From Chloroflexota bacterium (GTDB lineage Bacteria > Chloroflexota > UBA11872 > VXOZ01), in contig OZ219802.1 of the NCBI GenBank assembly GCA_964291655.2, positions 1,504,001 to 1,568,000 of the forward strand: a stretch of DNA of 64,000 nucleotides, in the 5' to 3' direction. Below, piece after piece: positions 50,558-59,615 of this stretch. Every line of letters begins with the position of its first letter. Within the stretch, counting starts at the first letter, position 1. The notes beneath the pieces are model-generated. The model was given only the letters and a program-made list of their open reading frames with translations, searched no databases and was not told the origin of the DNA. The position numbers and the translations under genes were made by a program.

Positions 50558-51253
50558 CTAGCCTCGGGTTTTTGGCTCCATGGTCTCGATCATCGGCAGC
50601 AGGCGCTCGTAGAGCTCTGCCGTGGCCCGGGCGTCCTTGAGACAGTAGGTGGCGATGTCATCATACCTGCCGTCGGCAAAGGCCTTGGGGACTGCGCTGC
50701 CGGTCAGGCCCTCTTTGGGATCGCCTATGCCGAACTGGTGACACCAGAAACGCAGGCTGTACGGCTGAATGGCGCGGTGGAAGCTCATGACTTCCTGCAA
50801 GTCGCAGTGATCGCGGAAGCTATAGCGGTAGGGCATGAGGTTGCGGCTGGGGCGGACACCATTCACGGCGGAGCGCAGCATGAGGATGGGGCAGTCAAAG
50901 CCGCGCCCGTTGTACGTGACAATCGTGCCGAACTGTGGGACGAGCTGCCAAAACTGCTCAAGTATCTCCTCCTCACTGCCATGGAAGACGCGCGCACCGT
51001 CGTGGATTTCCTGCCATTCCCGCGCGCCGGTCGGGTTGTTGACGAGCACGCCGCCGCTCTGCTCGCCGGGCCGCCACATGCCGATGGCGACAACTTTCGC
51101 GGCGCCGGGATACAGCGCCAATTGGCCCGGAAACGCCGCAAGTTCTTCTTCGTCTCTTGCCCGGCCTTTCAGGTATTCCTGGATTTCGGGCACGAAGCCC
51201 TCCCACGGCTGATGCGTCGTCTCGATGTCAATGGCTAGCGGCTGTGAAGCCAT
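50558..51253 (-). CDS. PolB-like 3'-5' exonuclease (RNase H-like) domain protein
   Basis: DIET, TYNGRGFD and YCLKD (ExoI-III motifs). Confidence 0.85.
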   Translation of the reverse strand: MASQPLAIDIETTHQPWEGFVPEIQEYLKGRARDEEELAAFPGQLALYPGAAKVVAIGMWRPGEQSGGVLVNNPTGAREWQEIHDGARVFHGSEEEILEQFWQLVPQFGTIVTYNGRGFDCPILMLRSAVNGVRPSRNLMPYRYSFRDHCDLQEVMSFHRAIQPYSLRFWCHQFGIGDPKEGLTGSAVPKAFADGRYDDIATYCLKDARATAELYERLLPMIETMEPKTRG

Positions 51254-51432
51254 AGGTTAATTTCTCCTTGGCGTGAAGACCGTCGGTGCAAGAGACCTCT
51301 CCGGCTTTGGTCGCCGTGCAGCGCTTGGCATCGTAGCGCAAGCGGTACGACTATGGCTATAGACGCTATGGCTACAGCCGCAGATTAAGGGGTCAGGTAT
51401 ACCTCACTCTGTCATAGTAACGAAATAACAGT

Positions 51433-51830
51433 CCCCACCGTCACTCCAATCCCACTGTCATCGCGATCCCACCGTCTCTTCGATCCCACCTTCTTTTCGA
51501 GCCTACTGTCATTTCGAGCCTACTGTCATTTCGAGCGCAGCGAGAAATCTAGGGTTCTCAACCCACTATCACGCGGCTCAGTCAACCAATATTCTAGACT
51601 CCTCACTCCGTTCGGAGTGACAAGCTCAGGGGTGCCACAAGCCCCACCGTCACTCCAATCCCTCTGTCATCGCAATCCCACCGTCTTTTCGATCCCACCG
51701 TCATATCGAGCCTACTGTCATTTCCAGCCTACTGTCATTTCGAGCGCAGCGAGAAATCTAGGGTTCTCAACCCACTAACTTGCTGCTCAGTTAACCAATA
51801 TTCTAGACTCCTCACTCCGTTCGGAGTGAC
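51433..51830. repeat. Direct duplication (period 209 bp) of six 17-mers plus a GTCATTTCGAGCGCAGCGAGAAATCT/AGACTCCTCACTCCGTTCGGAGTGAC REP-like pair
   Basis: Units start at 51433 and 51642. 17-mers occupy 51434-51535. Confidence 0.9.
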
Positions 51831-51960
51831 AGACCTAGGGGTTCTCACTAACGACAGACCTGATTCGTTGCTCCGGTTGACTATGCACCTTGATATGCGC
51901 CGCACCATGCTTAGGCGTCGGTCTCGCGTTACCCGACACTATAGAATTGCCGCACGTGAC

Positions 51961-53259
51961 CTAGGCAGACGCGGCCGCGGTCTGCTGCTCACGTTCCCAG
52001 GCGCGGAGTTCGTCCTGATGGTCTGCTAGCTTGTGCAGGACGTCGAGGAGGCGGTCCATGTCGCTTTGGGGTCCCAGGAACGTCGCATGTGGGAGGCAGA
52101 GCGCTTCTTCCGCGTAGATGCGTTCCGTTTCCGGCAGGTAGACCTTACGATAATCGATCTCCTTGCCGTAGAACGAACACGTAAAGGGATGCCCGGTGCG
52201 GCCGAAGTTCATCTCCTGGAAGATCGGGTTGCGGTAGACCGGTTGGGTGTGGCCCGTGTGCACGCGCAGTCCTTCGGCATTCAGGGCTTTCATGACCGTG
52301 TCGCGTGCGATGCCGCCGAACTGCGCGCCGTGGTACTTGAAGTGCCAGAAGTAGAAACCCCAGCGGGTCACGCGGGGATCGCGGTAGAGCGGCGAGAAAC
52401 CGTCAATCTGCGCAAGCTGCTCCGACAGGTATGTAACATTGCGCTCGCGGGTGGCAGTCTGCGCTGGCAGGCGGGCGAGTTGTGCGTTGCCGATGGCGCC
52501 CTGCCACTCGGTCATGCGCAGGTTCGTGGACGGGATGTGATGTTCGAAGAAGGGGCGGCCCGGATAACGTCCGATGTTGTGGAAGGAGGATGCATGTTGC
52601 GCCACCTCCTCCTCATTCGTTAATACCATACCGCCTTCGCCGGTGGTGAGGGTCTTGCCCATCTGAAAGCTGAAACCCCCGCAATCGCCAATGGCGCCGG
52701 TACCGACGCCCTTCCACTGCGAGCCATGGGAGTGCGCGCAGTCAGAGACGATGGCGATATTGTATTTGGCCCCGATGGCTTGCAGCGCGTCCATGTCGCA
52801 GGGCAAGCCGCCGTAGTCTACGGGCATCACCGCCCTGGTCTTTGGCGTAATGGCAGCCTCCACAGCCTTGGGGTCGATAGTGTAGTTGCGCGGGTCGCAG
52901 TCTACAAAGATGGGAATGGCATTGGCCTGCAGCACAGCGGAAGCACTCGCCACAAAGGTAGCAGCGGGGACAATGACCTCGTCTCCCGCTTCCACACCCA
53001 CTGCCCGCAGCGCGGCCTCCAACGCCACGGTGCCGTTCGCCACCGCGATGCCGTATGTGGCGTCCTGGAAGGCGGCAAAGTCGCGCTCGAACCTTCCCAC
53101 TTGGGAATCGTCTTGGTCTGCGTGCCCGCCCCGCCACCAGATGCCGCTCTCCAACACGCCTTCCAACAGCACGTGTTCTTCCTCACCACAGACCGGCCAG
53201 GACTTGCCGAGCGGTTCAGCGATTGCAGGCGAGCCGCCGGTAAGCGCAAGTTTTCCCAT
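51961..53259 (-). CDS. DegT/DnrJ/EryC1/StrS aminotransferase (AHBA synthase-like)
   Basis: NGTVAL, DCAHSHG, FSFQMGKTLTTGEGG and NLRMTEWQ. Confidence 0.92.
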   Translation of the reverse strand: MGKLALTGGSPAIAEPLGKSWPVCGEEEHVLLEGVLESGIWWRGGHADQDDSQVGRFERDFAAFQDATYGIAVANGTVALEAALRAVGVEAGDEVIVPAATFVASASAVLQANAIPIFVDCDPRNYTIDPKAVEAAITPKTRAVMPVDYGGLPCDMDALQAIGAKYNIAIVSDCAHSHGSQWKGVGTGAIGDCGGFSFQMGKTLTTGEGGMVLTNEEEVAQHASSFHNIGRYPGRPFFEHHIPSTNLRMTEWQGAIGNAQLARLPAQTATRERNVTYLSEQLAQIDGFSPLYRDPRVTRWGFYFWHFKYHGAQFGGIARDTVMKALNAEGLRVHTGHTQPVYRNPIFQEMNFGRTGHPFTCSFYGKEIDYRKVYLPETERIYAEEALCLPHATFLGPQSDMDRLLDVLHKLADHQDELRAWEREQQTAAASA

Positions 53260-53312
53260 GCAGTCATGCTCCTTGATTTCGTTATTGCTGTGGGAGCGGC
53301 ATGCTGCCCTCC

Positions 53313-53336
53313 GTCATTCCCGCTTGCGCGGGAATG
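53313..53336. repeat. ATTCCC-N8-GGGAAT palindrome (dRS3-like pattern)
   Basis: GTCATTCCCGCTTGCGCGGGAATG; a related copy lies at 56960-56982. Confidence 0.7.
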
Positions 53337-53588
53337 CACCTTCTCCGCCCCCGCCTTGGAGTCCCGCTCCGGAATCGGATCACGGAAAACACTTCGCAGG
53401 AATCACCATAGCCTCTACAGATTACACAGAGGCAGTGGCGGCGATTGGCTTCTCTTCCGCACCGGTAGTCTGCGCCGCGCGGTGAGGTGATCGTCAACAT
53501 TCATGGTGATGAAGGACTGCTGTGATCCTTGCTTCCTCCCACGAGCGCCGCGACGCTCAGATTCGCCCTCACCCCGGCCCTCTCCCTC

Positions 53589-53876
53589 TGTATAGACCGG
53601 GGACATGGGTAACAGTTGTTCGGGCTCATAGGTAACACCATAGAACGAGGGGGTTTTCGTAGTATGCGATGTCCTTGCCTTGAAAGTTAGATCCACTCAA
53701 TATCCTTATGCACACTGTTTGTTTCTCTGGCACAAGCTGACAGGCGGAAAGTGAGTGCACTGTGTCGCCAGTCTCTTATCAAACCCGGACCAACCCAATG
53801 CTCTCGTAGGTGTCAATCAGTAAAATGTGTAACCCATGTCCCCGAACAACTGTTACCTATGTCCCCGGTCTGTACA
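53589..53876 (-). mobile_element. 288-bp MITE, copy 6 (subtype B)
   Basis: Shares the diagnostic variants of copy 2. TSD CCCTC in a BoxC-like hairpin. Confidence 0.93.
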
Positions 53877-53905
53877 CCCTCGGGGAGAGGGTGAAATACA
53901 CAGCC

Positions 53906-55183
53906 TCAGACCGCCACCGGCTCGCGGAGGCCGAGGAGCACATCTATGGCGGCCTGCCGGATCAAGGGCTCGCTGGAAGGCGCGATGGCCGCGAGGTTGG
54001 GCTCCATGCCGCCCTGGTCGAAGGCTTCCGGCGTGGGCACGTAGGCCACCTCGCGTGTCGGCCGGCTGATGACGACTGTATGCCGGAACGGCGAAGCTTC
54101 CTTGATTGCCAGCACCGTATCGTGGAATAACTCACCGGGCATGTGGACAAGCGCGGTGTCGCCCAGCGTAATGACCTTCATCGGATACCGGATGGTGGGG
54201 TTTTGCTCGTACCACTCGAAGAGGAAGCGGTGGTAGCGATCGTGCATCCGCGTGAAGTTGAAGCGCAGCTCTTCCGGCTCCTCGGGCATCACGCGCGCGG
54301 GAATCTCCACTTCGTGCACGTGGGTCTCCATGGCCGGCGTGTGCTCGGGTTTGATCTGCTCGAAGACATAAAGCGCTTGCGCGCCCACGGAACGCCCGAT
54401 GCGACGTGCCGCTAAGCCATCGCGCTCGATAGGAACCACGTCGCCCAGCCCGCCTTGCGCAAAGACAACCGGCAGCCCAGCGACCTCGCCAAAGACATCC
54501 GCCACATAGCGGGGATAGTCGGCAGAAATGCCGCCGTACTTGTCGGTGGAGCAGAGCGCGTGGCAGCCAAAGTTGATGAAGGCGCCGATGGCCTCGCCAT
54601 CCAATGAGTCAAAGCGAAGCACGCTCACCTCGTCGTCTTTGCCTTGCTCGATCCACGCCGGATCGGGTGGCGATTCCTGACGATTGAAGACCATGTGCAC
54701 GGTGCCGTCGGGCTTGATGAAACGGCGATTATAGCACACGTCGGGGGCGTGCCCGCCGCGCGACGCCATCCGCACGGGCACCAAGGACTCAAGCGCGTCC
54801 TGAATGCCGTCGGCAATACGTGCGCTGATCTCATCCTCGTAATTCTCGATGATCAGGTCTTGGGCGAAGATCATGATGTACGCGCCGTAGTTGGAGATGG
54901 GCGTGGAGCCGATGTGGGAAGGGCAGAAGAGCGTGGGAAAGGGCGCAATGCCGCGGGATTCTAAGTCAGCGGCTACTTTTCCGTCGAAGTCGATGCCGAG
55001 CTCGAATGCGTCCACGGCCACAATGGCAGCCGTATGCTCCTCATCTTGGAGGAGCAGTATCCGCGCCTTAAGGGGATCATAGACCGGATAACTGCGTTCC
55101 TTCTTCTTTCCGTTTGTCCCTGGTCGGTTCTGATCGGGAGTAATGTCTACGGCCGTAAAGGCAGCGTGTAAGCCGTTGCTCAC
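53906..55183 (-). CDS. Neutral/alkaline ceramidase-like hydrolase (divergent)
   Basis: VDITP, DPLKARIL, SH, NRR, NFGCH, ISADYP, PGELF and YVPT..AF..GG.E. Confidence 0.7.
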   Translation of the reverse strand: MSNGLHAAFTAVDITPDQNRPGTNGKKKERSYPVYDPLKARILLLQDEEHTAAIVAVDAFELGIDFDGKVAADLESRGIAPFPTLFCPSHIGSTPISNYGAYIMIFAQDLIIENYEDEISARIADGIQDALESLVPVRMASRGGHAPDVCYNRRFIKPDGTVHMVFNRQESPPDPAWIEQGKDDEVSVLRFDSLDGEAIGAFINFGCHALCSTDKYGGISADYPRYVADVFGEVAGLPVVFAQGGLGDVVPIERDGLAARRIGRSVGAQALYVFEQIKPEHTPAMETHVHEVEIPARVMPEEPEELRFNFTRMHDRYHRFLFEWYEQNPTIRYPMKVITLGDTALVHMPGELFHDTVLAIKEASPFRHTVVISRPTREVAYVPTPEAFDQGGMEPNLAAIAPSSEPLIRQAAIDVLLGLREPVAV

Positions 55184-55428
55184 GAGTGCTCTCCTCTCCG
55201 AAGCGTTTGCGTACGCTTACTATGATACCTGCGGGTGCTCAATTAGCAAAGAAACCAAGAACCAGAGACGCGGACGTGCCAATTCGCGAGACTGTATTTC
55301 ACGTCGCTTGTATGGTGTCCGCCTACATCTCACTGCATTGCTCCCACGTGTGACTGTGTGTTGCAAGCAACTATTGTGCAGAGCGCAGCGAGGATTCGGG
55401 GTCTCAATCAAGAAAAATGCACTCGATA

Positions 55429-55572
55429 CAGTAGCCGTATTCTACGCAGTAGCCGTACTCTACGCAGTAGCCGCTTGTTACGACGAGGAGCGGGGGACAA
55501 GCCCCCGCGCTACGGCATCTCGTATCTCGATTGCTCGTCTTACGATCGGTAGCGCAGGTTTGTAACCTGCGC
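55429..55572. repeat. GTAG-family REP cluster with an 18-bp micro-array
   Basis: CAGTAGCCGTAYTCTACG x2.5 (55429-55473), GCGGGGGACAAGCCCCCGCGCTAC (55490-55513) and GTAGCGCAGGTTTGTAACCTGCGC (55549-55572). Confidence 0.8.
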
Positions 55573-55775
55573 TTCTGGCAAAAGGCCAGGAGAACAGATG
55601 GCAAAATCACACTATTGCCGCAATCTGAGGTGTAGTTTACCTGGTGGGGACTGGTGTGCAGGCACTCTCGCACGGACTTCATCTACCAAAGGCTTGCGCG
55701 CGTTCACCAACTTGCCGCTCGCTTATAATGGAAGAGAAGCATACCGTCCTAGAAACTTGAGAAGAAAAACCTGCG

Positions 55776-56981
55776 ATGAAGCGTGTGGTGGTGCTGGGCT
55801 CCACGGGGTCCATCGGACAGCAGACTCTTGACGTGATTCGCGCAAATCCTGACGACTTTGCCGTCGTCGGGTTAGCTGCGGGTAGAGACTCGCGGACGCT
55901 GGCTGCGCAAATTGACGAATTCAAGCCGCAGGCAGCCTACTGTATAGATGGCAGCGCGGCGAAGTACGTGGACGGTGCCACGCGCATCCACTCCGGCGAC
56001 GACGGCATCGTTCAACTTGTCGAAGCGGTCGAGGCCGATGTGACCGTTGTGGGCACGCCGGGAATGGTTGGCGCACGAGCGACGATGGCTGCGCTGCAAC
56101 GTGGGCAGGACGTCGCGTTAGCGAATAAAGAGACCCTCGTCATGGCCGGGGATCTGGTCATGCGGCAGGCCGCCGCCCACGGCGCCACTGTCCTGCCGAC
56201 CGACAGCGAGCACAGCGCCATTTGGCAGTGCATTCGCGGCGAAGATCAGACTACGATCCGGCGGGTCATTCTGGCGGCATCCGGCGGCCCCTTCCGCACG
56301 GCATCCGCACAGGAACTGGCAGGGGTCACCCCCGAGCAAGCCCTAAAGCATCCGACGTGGTCCATGGGCGCCAAGATAACCGTAGACTCCGCCACGCTGC
56401 TCAACAAAGGCCTCGAGATCATCGAAGCGCACTGGTTGTTCGGGTTGCCGTATACGCAGATCGACGTCGTAATCCACCCACAGAGCATCGTGCACGCACT
56501 CGTCGAATTCGCGGATGGGGCGGTTAAAGCGCAGTTGAGTCATCCCGACATGCGCTTGCCTATCCAGCATGCGTTGAGCTTTCCGGACCGCCCGCCGACG
56601 TACTGGGGCGGACTGGATCTTGCACGAGCGCCGGTGCTGGAGTTCTCCGCGCCGGAGAGCGCGCGGTTTCCCTGTCTCGCGCTTGCCCGCCAAGCAGCGG
56701 AAACCGGCGGCACGGCGCCCACGGTGCTCTGCGCCGCCGACGAGGTTGCGGTTGAGCTTTTCTTAGAGGGCAAAATAGGTTTCTTGGACATCTCACGCAT
56801 CATTTCACAGGCACTGGAGTCTCATACGAGCACGCCGGTAGAATCATTGGATCACGTGCTCGCCGTCGCCGCTGAGACCCGGCAACAACTCTTGGAAGCC
56901 ACGGCAAAGCTTCCCGTCAATTCGGCGAGTGCCGGAGTCCGAGGGACTAGGGCGGATGGACTCCCACTTGCGCGGGAATGA
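55776..56981 (+). CDS. dxr: 1-deoxy-D-xylulose-5-phosphate reductoisomerase
   Basis: LGSTGSIG, LANKE, DSEH, SGGPFR, HPTWSMGAKIT.DSA and NKGLE.IEA. Confidence 0.97.
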   Translation: MKRVVVLGSTGSIGQQTLDVIRANPDDFAVVGLAAGRDSRTLAAQIDEFKPQAAYCIDGSAAKYVDGATRIHSGDDGIVQLVEAVEADVTVVGTPGMVGARATMAALQRGQDVALANKETLVMAGDLVMRQAAAHGATVLPTDSEHSAIWQCIRGEDQTTIRRVILAASGGPFRTASAQELAGVTPEQALKHPTWSMGAKITVDSATLLNKGLEIIEAHWLFGLPYTQIDVVIHPQSIVHALVEFADGAVKAQLSHPDMRLPIQHALSFPDRPPTYWGGLDLARAPVLEFSAPESARFPCLALARQAAETGGTAPTVLCAADEVAVELFLEGKIGFLDISRIISQALESHTSTPVESLDHVLAVAAETRQQLLEATAKLPVNSASAGVRGTRADGLPLARE

Positions 56982-57018
56982 CGGGCTTTCTCATACCAGA
57001 CAGGATTCTTAACGAACG

Positions 57019-58047
57019 ATGTTTACCACGATCGCCGCCTTTGTCTTCGTCCTTTCACTCCTCATACTCGTCCATGAAATCGGCCATTTCGTGGCGGCAC
57101 GGCGCGTAGGCATTCATGTTGTGGAGTTTGGTTTCGGTTGGCCGCCGCGGCTCTTTTCCCGGCGCATCGGCGGGACTATCTATTCGCTTAATCTCCTGCC
57201 GCTGGGCGGCTTTGTGCGCATGTTTGGAGAATTCGGCGGAGCGGAACCCGGCAGTTTTATGAGTAAGCGACCGGCGGAGCGCGCGGTTGTAATCCTGGCA
57301 GGCGTTGCCATGAACATCCTGATTGCGCCGGTGCTCTTCTCCCTGGCCTTTATGCTTGGAGAGCCGGAGTTAACGGATCGCATATTCGTTCAGGAAGTGA
57401 TTCCGGAGAGCCCGGCTGCGGCGGTTGGCCTCCTGGCAGGCGACCGCATTCTCACGATCAATGATGTGGCCATTACTGAAATGGCTCAAGTACGTGAGCA
57501 GATTGGCAGCACGCAAGACGGCACCCCGATTCGTCTGACGATCGACCGGGACGGACGGCAGCAGGCACTGCGCGTGACACCCACCTACAATCCAGAGATA
57601 GAGCGCCTGGCGGTTGGCATTGTGCTGGTTCCTGAGCAGACGATCAAGCGCTACTGGCCGTGGGAGGCGGTATGGCTCGGCGTGAAACGCACGGGAGAGA
57701 TGTTTGCACTAATCGGCCTGGGCGTCGCCAGCCTCATTCAAGGCACGGAAGAGGGGGATATACTTGGTCCGGTGGGTATTGCGTCACTTACCGGACAAGT
57801 GGCACGTTCCGGCTTTTCCCGCTTACTCACGTTCACGGGGTTCTTGAGCATAAACCTCGCAATTATCAACCTCTTGCCATTTCCCGGCCTCGATGGCGCC
57901 CGCTTTGTGTTTACGGTTGTGGAGATGGTGCGCGGACGCCCAATGAACCCAAAGCGGGAAGCGGCCATCAACTTTGCAGGAATTATCATTCTGCTCACCC
58001 TAACGGTACTTATTACCTACCGAGATATCGTACGGCTCCTGGGTTAG
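57019..58047 (+). CDS. rseP: RIP metalloprotease RseP (M50 family with PDZ domain)
   Basis: HEIGH, PLGGFV, a PDZ domain and NLLPFPGLDG; follows dxr. Confidence 0.93.
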   Translation: MFTTIAAFVFVLSLLILVHEIGHFVAARRVGIHVVEFGFGWPPRLFSRRIGGTIYSLNLLPLGGFVRMFGEFGGAEPGSFMSKRPAERAVVILAGVAMNILIAPVLFSLAFMLGEPELTDRIFVQEVIPESPAAAVGLLAGDRILTINDVAITEMAQVREQIGSTQDGTPIRLTIDRDGRQQALRVTPTYNPEIERLAVGIVLVPEQTIKRYWPWEAVWLGVKRTGEMFALIGLGVASLIQGTEEGDILGPVGIASLTGQVARSGFSRLLTFTGFLSINLAIINLLPFPGLDGARFVFTVVEMVRGRPMNPKREAAINFAGIIILLTLTVLITYRDIVRLLG

Positions 58048-58118
58048 CACTGCGTGCGGGCGGCTCTATATACCGTCACAATGTGCTACAATGTTGAGCA
58101 CAGTCCGTCTGGGCTGGG

Positions 58119-59285
58119 GTGGGCAACGAAGGGGATTCACGTTTGTCTCAGGCATTCTCCTTTCGGATTCCGCAAGCTATTGAGTTTGGACCCGGAGTTT
58201 ACCATCGGCTCCCTGCGCTTTTGCGCGCGCGCTCGACTGAGCGTGTCTTGCTAATCACAGATCCCGGACTTGTCGCTGCCGGTGTAGCGACAACAATTGA
58301 GAGCACATTGACTGCTGCTGGGAGCGAAGTCGTTCTCTTTCAAGATGTGCCACCGGAACCCCATCTCGATGACGTGGAGCGGTGTCGCGCGTTTGCCGCT
58401 ACACAGCACGCATCAATAGTCGTGGGTGTGGGTGGCGGCAGTGTGCTCGACTGCGCCAAGATTGTGGGTGGCTTTGCTTCAAGTACGCAGCCTTTGGCCG
58501 ACTTTCTCGACCGTGAAGACGAAAGCCTTGCGCCGGGACTGCCGATCTTTCTCCTGCCCACCACCGCAGGATCGGGGGCCGAGGCGACCACCGGGGCCAT
58601 CGTCACGGTCAAAGGGCGCAAGTGCCGCCTGGCGGGCAGCTACGTACACCCGGTGGTGGCCCTCATTGACCCTACGTTTACCCGGAGCTTACCGGCAAGC
58701 ATCACAATCGCAGGCGGTCTGGACGCGCTCACGCACGCGATAGAGTCCTATGCGGCGCGGCGGGCAAGCCCCATGAGCCAGTTGTATTCTCGAGAAGCCC
58801 TTCGTCTCATCCTGACGTCGCTGCCGCGCGTACTAGAGGACGGGGACGACATGGAGGCACGCAGCGATATGTCGCAGGCAGCTCTATATGCCGGCATTGC
58901 CGTTGCAAACGCGGGCGCAGGTGCGGTTCATGCCCTCGCATACCCGCTGGGCGGACGGACCAACATCCCCCACGGCATTGCCAACGCAATTCTTCTCCCG
59001 CATGTGCTGCGACAGAATGTGGCGACTAATCCTGAATCATACGCCGCCCTCTGCACCGAGCAAGACTCTCGCAGCGAGGGCGCTCAATGCGACGCTCTGC
59101 TTGACGCCGTGCAAGGTCTGCTCCATTCGCTGAAGACGCCGACACGCCTTGCCGAAATCGGCATGCAAACTGCCATGCTACCCGCGCTGGCGAAAGAAGC
59201 CCATTCTATTCGGCGTCTCTTGGACAATAACGTGCGGGACTACAGCTCTGCGGAAATTCTTGCCATATACGAAGCGGCTTGGTGA
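58119..59285 (+). CDS. Iron-containing alcohol dehydrogenase
   Basis: GGGSVLDCAK, PTTAGSG.E, DALTHAIE, H and HG. Confidence 0.92.
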   Translation: MGNEGDSRLSQAFSFRIPQAIEFGPGVYHRLPALLRARSTERVLLITDPGLVAAGVATTIESTLTAAGSEVVLFQDVPPEPHLDDVERCRAFAATQHASIVVGVGGGSVLDCAKIVGGFASSTQPLADFLDREDESLAPGLPIFLLPTTAGSGAEATTGAIVTVKGRKCRLAGSYVHPVVALIDPTFTRSLPASITIAGGLDALTHAIESYAARRASPMSQLYSREALRLILTSLPRVLEDGDDMEARSDMSQAALYAGIAVANAGAGAVHALAYPLGGRTNIPHGIANAILLPHVLRQNVATNPESYAALCTEQDSRSEGAQCDALLDAVQGLLHSLKTPTRLAEIGMQTAMLPALAKEAHSIRRLLDNNVRDYSSAEILAIYEAAW

Positions 59286-59615
59286 CCGCATGGCCTGCCA
59301 TATAGTATTGTCTAATCTGAAGGTAATACGTCACGCTCGCAGATGAAACGTTTCGAGCCCTCGCGGAAATCTCCTGCTGTCATTCCATCGCCTTGTTCTC
59401 AATTGCTGGGATCTCCAGAGAATTAGAAGCTGCCGTAAAGAGAAATTGGTCTTCAAGGGAAGAAACCCAATGCAACGAAAAACCCCTGAGCGCGTGCACC
59501 ACAGGCGAGTTGCGTGTGCCGGCGTGTCCTGGCTGGCGCCAGCCAGTACTTTCTCTCAAACGGCCGCATTCAGACCTCCGAGCAGCTTGTCCACGACAAC
59601 CTCATAGCGAAGCCC

